Shown here: in pieces, positions 35,953-42,872 of the stretch
Position numbering within the stretch: position 1 is the first letter of the stretch
How the letters are laid out: each line of letters starts with the position of its first letter
DNA from: Octopus bimaculoides
Lineage: Eukaryota
Reading direction: 5' to 3'
NCBI RefSeq assembly: GCF_001194135.2
Contig: NC_068986.1
Span: forward strand, 83,717,013-83,759,884
Length of the DNA: 42,872 nt
Program-made: the position numbers and the translations under genes
Notes under the pieces: model-generated
The model's input: only the letters and a program-made list of their open reading frames with translations
What the model was told of the DNA's origin: nothing
Database searches by the model: none

Positions 35953-38900
35953 GCGTGCATCAGTAAGAAAATTACTAATTTGTCAGTTTATAAAACAAAA
36001 CTTTGTTGTATTTATTCTAAGTTGCACACACATCCCTACTTGTCACTCACGTTACCAGAAATTCAGTGAACCTGTGATTGATCCACAGGAAACCTATAAC
36101 CAACATATGATGCTATTGTTTTTTTTTTAAATACTTGATATGTTAATATTGTAAAACAAACCAAAGAAAATAATAATTCAGTGGGAAATGTTTCTTTTTG
36201 GCAGAGTTAAAAAATATAGTGGAAGGGCACTCTATGTTGAGTTAAGCCTTGAGAGCACTGACCATATAATGATTAGGAAAGGGAAATGCAATGTGAGTAC
36301 AAATAAATAGCAGACAAATATATATTAGCTATATCATTGTTATTCTTGAGTGCACTGGGCCTGCTGTGTGATCAATCAGTTAGTAGGAACTCAAAAATTC
36401 TAAAGTTAAGGTATGTCATACTTCTATCAGATCTAAGATTACCTGTCAGCATTTGATTGGTTTGTTGGTTGGTCAGTCAGTTAGTTGGTTGGCCAGTCGG
36501 TTGGTTGGTTGGTTAGTCACTTGGTTGATTGGTTGGTGTGGTCCTGTTCAGTCTGATCATTTGTTGGTTTGACCTCCAGGTCAGCTGTGATCAAGTAGAC
36601 TTACAATGGAAAAAAAAAAAAAAAACAAGGAGAAATGGGGACATAATGTGGACTTCTAATTTTGTGACTATAGAACATTTCAAACTATGAGTTACCTGTT
36701 AATTTGCTGTTACTGGGTTCTCTTCATTGTTTGGACAATTTGAGAAATAACGCAAAATAAAATAATCCAATGACAAAAAAAATTGCACATTGTTGCATAA
36801 AAATAGAAACGTGATATGAACACAAAGTAATAAGACATTTAGTAGATGTTCCATCTGTAACCATGTTATATTTTTCCCACCAAACATGATCTATTTAAGC
36901 CTACATTATCCAATGTTTCCCTTTTTTTTTTAAGAAAGTAGGATGTAATTTGAAGGAGATTTGGCTATGTCTAAGATGACATTATCTAGTGTGTTCCTTT
37001 TCTAAGAAGATAAAGTATGATTTTGAGGAAGATTTGGCTATTATTTCTACCAGCTTGATCAACCACATACAAAATCTCTTATGTAAAGACATAGTGAGAA
37101 AGAAGTAGTCCTTGATCTTGTTTTGCTCGTCACTTTTTTTCATTTATGTATGAAGATTCTACTGTTACTTGTAGGAGAGATAGTGTGAAGTAGCTGCACT
37201 TGAAATTTATTGATGTCAGAGATAGAATGAGTTTATTGTAAGCAGTGCAGGCCAAATGATGAAGAAGTTCACTTCACACATATGAGGTTCTTGGTTTAAT
37301 GCCACCATTGCGTGATATTTTGAGTGACTGTCTTCTGCCTTAGCCTCAGCTCAGTACAAGCCTTCTTAGTGAAATTGGGTTGACAGAAGAGACATTTTGT
37401 GAAGTGAAAGCTTATTGGAAGGACTGCACATATAAATCATGCACAGTCTCAACAAAGACTCCAAGCAAAGCTGGTGATAAGCATTGTGGCATAATGACAT
37501 AGCAAATATGGTTGGTGCCAATAATGATAGAATTGATCTTTATTTTCAATAAAAATTTAGTTTGCCTTAAGCAGACTAAGGAAGAGTTGACAGTCTACTA
37601 GGTAGCTGATGGTATTCTTTTACTAACTGTCTCCTCTCCCCCTCTCCCCTCTCCCCCTCTCTCTCTTTCTTCCTCTCCATCTCCCCATCTCATTTTAGAT
37701 AATGATGTTCAACTATAGATTATTGCAAAGTTCAACAAAATTTCATGTTAATTCTAAATGTTTCTCTCAGCATAAGAATAAAGACAAAAAAATTGCACAA
37801 AAAGAAACAAACAAGCAAAGAACAATATAAAAACTTAAATGTCTATATTTAAATGTTCTTATGGAGTTTTATTCTTAAAACTGAACTATCACATCAACAC
37901 ACAAACGCACACATTCTCTCTCTCTGTCTTCTTCCCTCTCTTTCCCTCTCTCATAGATACACACTGTTCATATATATGTATAATCAAACTTAAATACATA
38001 CCCATATATGCATAAACTCACACACATCTTACCATAAATAAATCCAACATACATTCACATTTACATACATATTTATGTGCCTTCTGAAACTGTACTGCCA
38101 CCACACACACGCACACCAAAGAAAGGAAAAGCAGCAATTAGTATAATTTTTGTTGATGCTTTTTATTGGAAGAGCGTTTTGATCTTGTTCTCATATCTTT
38201 CATAGTGTGTGTTTAACTCGTTTATCATCACATATTTCAAGGTTTTCTGATTATATATATATATATATAATATAATATAGGATAAATTCTTTATAAGAAT
38301 TTATCAAGTAGTCAGCGTGAAAAAAACCTCATAATGAAAAAATAACGAAAAATTTCGTAATGAAAAAATTCATAATTTCTTCATAAATATAAATAATTAT
38401 ATATAAAGGGCATTAACTGTGTAGTAATGCCTCACGNNNNNNNNNNNNNNNNNNNNNNNNNNNNNNNNNNNNNNNNNNNNNNNNNNNNNNNNNNNNNNNN
38501 NNNNNNNNNNNNNNNNNNNNNNNNNNNNNNNNNNNNNNNNNNNNNNNNNNNNNNNNNNNNNNNNNNNNNNNNNNNNNNNNNNNNNNNNNNNNNNNNNNNN
38601 NNNNNNNNNNNNNNNNNNNNNNNNNNNNNNNNNNNNNNNNNNNNNNNNNNNNNNNNNNNNNNNNNNNNNNNNNNNNNNNNNNNNNNNNNNNNNNNNNNNN
38701 NNNNNNNNNNNNNNNNNNNNNNNNNNNNNNNNNNNNNNNNNNNNNNNNNNNNNNNNNNNNNNNNNNNNNNNNNNNNNNNNNNNNNNNNNNNNNNNNNNNN
38801 NNNNNNNNNNNNNNNNNNNNNNNNNNNNNNNNNNNNNNNNNNNNNNNNNNNNNNNNNNNNNNNNNNNNNNNNNNNNNNNNNNNNNNNNNNNNNNNNNNNN

Positions 38901-39197
38901 NNNNNNNNNNNNNNNNNNNNNNNNNNNNNNNNNNNNNNNNNNNNNNNNNNNNNNNNNNNNNNNNNNNNNNNNNNNNNNNNNNNNNNNNNNNNNNNNNNNN
39001 NNNNNNNNNNNNNNNNNNNNNNNNNNNNNNNNNNNNNNNNNNNNNNNNNNNNNNNNNNNNNNNNNNNNNNNNNNNNNNNNNNNNNNNNNNNNNNNNNNNN
39101 NNNNNNNNNNNNNNNNNNNNNNNNNNNNNNNNNATATATATGTATATATGTATATATATTTGTATGTATATATATGTGTATGTATATATTTATGTAT

Positions 39198-39238
<41 letters not shown>

Positions 39239-40609
39239 CATGTATGTATTTTTTTTTCTGTCTATCTCTAAATGACATAGTTTTAGGTAGTTGTAGATAC
39301 TTTTCCAATAGATTCGTTAACTGAAGCTAAACTAGTCCAATTACTTCGCTGTTGAGAAAAAATGTATTAGAGTTCAAGGAAACTATTAGTGATGGTATGT
39401 GTCACTCATTTTCACTGGGAGCTATGCAACAGACTTCGCTTCTTTGCTTTTTCCATCACAGAAAAATCCCCCATCTGAAATTTAACTTTCTTTAGGGCAC
39501 ACAAATAAGTTTGCTATGAAGTAAAGTGGAAGTCTCTGTGTGGTTACTCCATCTACTAATTGAAATCACTCCTTTGAAAATGGAAGAATAGATTGAATGA
39601 TGTAACCCTAGATATACTGTGCCTGAATAGATTTTGATGATAATATTTCTACTGGATCAGACTGAAACAACTTTACTGGTGGTTTAAATTTCTCATTTGT
39701 TGTATCACCTCAATTTACACTATTTTGTTTTTAGTCAGAATGCTTGATTAGTCAGGGTTCTTAGAATAGTGAACGAAACAAACAACTAAGCTGTCTACTA
39801 TATCAACTAAGTTTTGAGGCCCTTCACTTGCCTGTATTATGGTGGTTAAAGCACTATGTCAAAATGACATAAGTTCACTTCCTTCTCTTTTCTGTGTCTT
39901 GCATCTACAAGTAGATATATGTTCTGCATTCAATGTTCAGTCTGTATTATAGCGTGCATGATACTATAACTTGGTTTACTTTTCACTTTATTTGAAAGAG
40001 TGTGTGTTTTTATTCTACTGTTGCTTTCTCATCTTGCAAATGTTGAATTGACCTTGCTCATTGTGCAATTTTTGTCATTGTGCTTGTCACTATTACTGAT
40101 TACACTGCCCAGATAAATAAAGTGTCTTGCCTGTACCAGTTCTGACTATCTGATTGGCTCAAGTTGTGTTGTTTAGAGTCGGATATTGATTGACAGGAAT
40201 TTCATTCAGTCTTCCCGATTTTCATTTTCAAACCAAACTTTGTAGCTTCACCATCAAAAGTTTCACCTCACGTGGCATGAATAGTTGTCTCAACACATTA
40301 ATGAAACTAAGCTTCATTCTTATAAAGGGCAGTGACTTATTGTGACTTGTATTGTACAAGGAAATTACATCTTCTATACTCAGTTGCAACTAATATATTT
40401 TATCTAACATCTATGAGACCTGTGGTAAATGAAAATGAAAATTTAATATTTGTTTTGTTTTTGTTTTTCTTTTTTCAAAAAGAAATGCCTTATTGCATTA
40501 TCTATACTTATTAGAATTTTGTATTATCAATATGTGAATCTGAAACAAATTTAGACATTGATTCATAATATCTCCTGTGTAACCATCTAACTTTTAGACA
40601 AAATTTTTC

Positions 40610-41065
40610 AAGAACATGGCAACTCTACAAAGCAATGCCTCATCTTTTTGAAATAGTCATTAACTTTGTTGCTAGAAATATTGAAATTTTTCAAAAGCTT
40701 AAAAATTGCTCCCCAAGTGTCTGTTTCAGTTATACTTACCCATCTTTAGTTTTGACTGATCAGTCTAAAATTGGAGAAATAGAGAAACCATGATGCAAAC
40801 TGCTATTACTTAAATGGAAAAGGTATAATTCCTGAAGAAATTCCTATTGACAAATCAGAAATTTTATAAAGCTGCAACATTTAAAAATGCAGCTGATGAA
40901 CTTGAATTGTCAGATATGAATGACTGTTTACACCATGCCATGATGGAATGCCATTTTTGAAAGACTGTGTTCATGATTAACTTTCACCAAGCTAAATTAA
41001 GAAACAAAATGGGGTTGGATCAACATTCATCAATATCAAGACTTAGGATGAAACTTCACACTCCG
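40610..41065 (+). mobile_element. Degraded hAT transposase relic (C-terminal half including dimerisation region)
   Basis: Frameshifted translation: RNIEIFQKLKNCSPSVCFS; GEIEKP*CKLLLLKW; FYKAATFKNAADELELSD; P*WNAIFERLCS*LTFTK / KLRNKMGLDQHSSISRLRM, resembling the hAT motif PHSNA.VER.FS......K.KLRNRM. Confidence 0.7.
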
Positions 41066-41189
41066 CATTAAACATTACCAGATCCAATCCACTATTTTTT
41101 GCAATTGATCTAGCAACCCTCTCATATCTATTGCCCTTTTTAACAATAAAAGAAAGGATTATTATTATCATCATTATTATTATTGCATT

Positions 41190-41493
41190 ATTCATCATCA
41201 TCGTCGTTTAATGTTTGTCTTCCATGCTGGCATAGCTTGGATGGTTTGACAGGAGCTGGCAAGCCAGAGGACTTCATGAATCTCTACTGTCTGTTTTGGC
41301 ATGGTTTTTATAGCTTGATGCCCCTCCTAATGCCAACCACTTTACAGAGTACACTAGGTGCTTTTTACATGGCACCAGCACCAGCAAGGTCTGTTTTGGC
41401 CTGGTTTTCATGGCTAGGTGCCCATCCTAATGTCAACCACTTTACTGAGTGGACTAGGTGCTTTTTGTGTGGCACCAGCACTGGCCAGTCAGC

Positions 41494-41495
<2 letters not shown>
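41190..41495 (-). mobile_element. SINE 3' part (older copy)
   Basis: CATCATCGTCGTTTAATG..TTCCATGCTGGCAT...ATGCCCCTCCTAATGCCAACCACTTTACAGAGT, homologous to the tail family above, with an internal partial duplication. Confidence 0.75.
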
Positions 41496-41527
<32 letters not shown>

Positions 41528-41553
41528 GTTATATTTATTCATAAGTTTGTATA

Positions 41554-41583
41554 TCTATATATATAAAAATGAGAATGTGTGTC

Positions 41584-41630
<47 letters not shown>

Positions 41631-41717
41631 CCCTAAAACTCGAGAAACTAATTTCATTCAAATTTTACAGATGCCTTACTTAGGGTTTCAGTTGTGTTTT
41701 AGTCAAAAAAAATGTTT
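41554..41717 (+). mobile_element. 5' end of a second copy of the same Helitron-type element, running into a gap
   Basis: A^TCTATATATATAAAAATGAGAATGTGTG(TC/TG)n AATCCCTAAAACTCGAGAA...TTTCATTCAAATTTTACAGATGCCTTACTTAGGGTT is nearly the reverse complement of 7315-7474. Confidence 0.75.
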
Positions 41718-42261
41718 NNNNNNNNNNNNNNNNNNNNNNNNNNNNNNNNNNNNNNNNNNNNNNNNNNNNNNNNNNNNNNNNNNNNNNNNNNNNNNNNNNN
41801 NNNNNNNNNNNNNNNNNNNNNNNNNNNNNNNNNNNNNNNNNNNNNNNNNNNNNNNNNNNNNNNNNNNNNNNNNNNNNNNNNNNNNNNNNNNNNNNNNNNN
41901 NNNNNNNNNNNNNNNNNNNNNNNNNNNNNNNNNNNNNNNNNNNNNNNNNNNNNNNNNNNNNNNNNNNNNNNNNNNNNNNNNNNNNNNNNNNNNNNNNNNN
42001 NNNNNNNNNNNNNNNNNNNNNNNNNNNNNNNNNNNNNNNNNNNNNNNNNNNNNNNNNNNNNNNNNNNNNNNNNNNNNNNNNNNNNNNNNNNNNNNNNNNN
42101 NNNNNNNNNNNNNNNNNNNNNNNNNNNNNNNNNNNNNNNNNNNNNNNNNNNNNNNNNNNNNNNNNNNNNNNNNNNNNNNNNNNNNNNNNNNNNNNNNNNN
42201 NNNNNNNNNNNNNNNNNNNNNNNNNNNNNNNNNNNNNNNNNNNNTAATGACAAATACTTTC

Positions 42262-42294
<33 letters not shown>

Positions 42295-42324
42295 TGTATA
42301 TGTATACATATAGATGTATATGTA

Positions 42325-42345
<21 letters not shown>

Positions 42346-42367
<22 letters not shown>

Positions 42368-42655
42368 GTTTAACGTCCGCTTTCCATGCTGGCATGGGTT
42401 GGACGATTTGACTGAGGACTGGTGAACCAGATGGCTGCACCAGGCTCCAATCTAATCTGGCAGAGTTTCTACAGCTGGATGCCCTTCCTAACGCCAACCA
42501 CTCCGAGAGTGTAGTGGGTGCTTTTACATGCCACTAGCATGAGGGCCAGTCAGGTGGTACTGGCAATGGCCATGCTCAAATGGTGCTTTTTATAAGCCAG
42601 TCCTGCAGCACTGACAATGACCTCGTTCAAATACTTTTCATGTGCCACCAGCAGA
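42346..42655 (-). mobile_element. SINE 3' half with (CAT)n tail (young family)
   Basis: Reverse complement of the 4481-4656 sequence; (CAT)n tail at ~42326-42367. Confidence 0.85.
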
Positions 42656-42872
42656 TCTATATGCATACATGTATATGTATACATATGTGTAGATGTATAT
42701 ATATATATAGATGTACATGTAATATGTACACATATATACATATATATACATGCATACAGATATCTATACATATATACACCCATCACACACATACACATGG
42801 ACACAAACACACACATTAGTCATTTGTTTTCTTATCCAAAACTACGTCAAAAGTACTGAATGGATCTTTATG

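Noticed and set aside
39320-39500. Possible mariner transposase C-terminal relic on the minus strand
   Set aside because: Similarity too degraded to support by eye.

Overview
AT-rich, repeat-dense eukaryotic DNA (intronic or intergenic) from a draft assembly, with 10 N-gaps totalling about 4.15 kb. The SINE families and microsatellite style match what I recall from octopus genomes; this taxon call is pattern recognition, not a database hit. No host gene can be confidently called. Nearly all track ORFs are microsatellite or N artefacts, and the best exon candidate is a 117-nt minus-strand stretch at 33491-33607. Recognisable content: about 20 tRNA-derived SINE pieces (one with a 14-bp TSD), two Penelope-like retroelement (PLE) relics, an RTE LINE 3' end, Tc1/mariner and hAT transposase relics, a hAT-Charlie MITE, a piggyBac-like MITE, two Helitron-type elements and TTAGGG tracts. 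Most interesting: a 5'-truncated PLE capped by an inverted copy of its own 3' end and carrying a decayed hammerhead-like motif, and a near-perfect 102-bp fold-back hairpin at 16783-17002. I see no strong evidence for a wholly new system.
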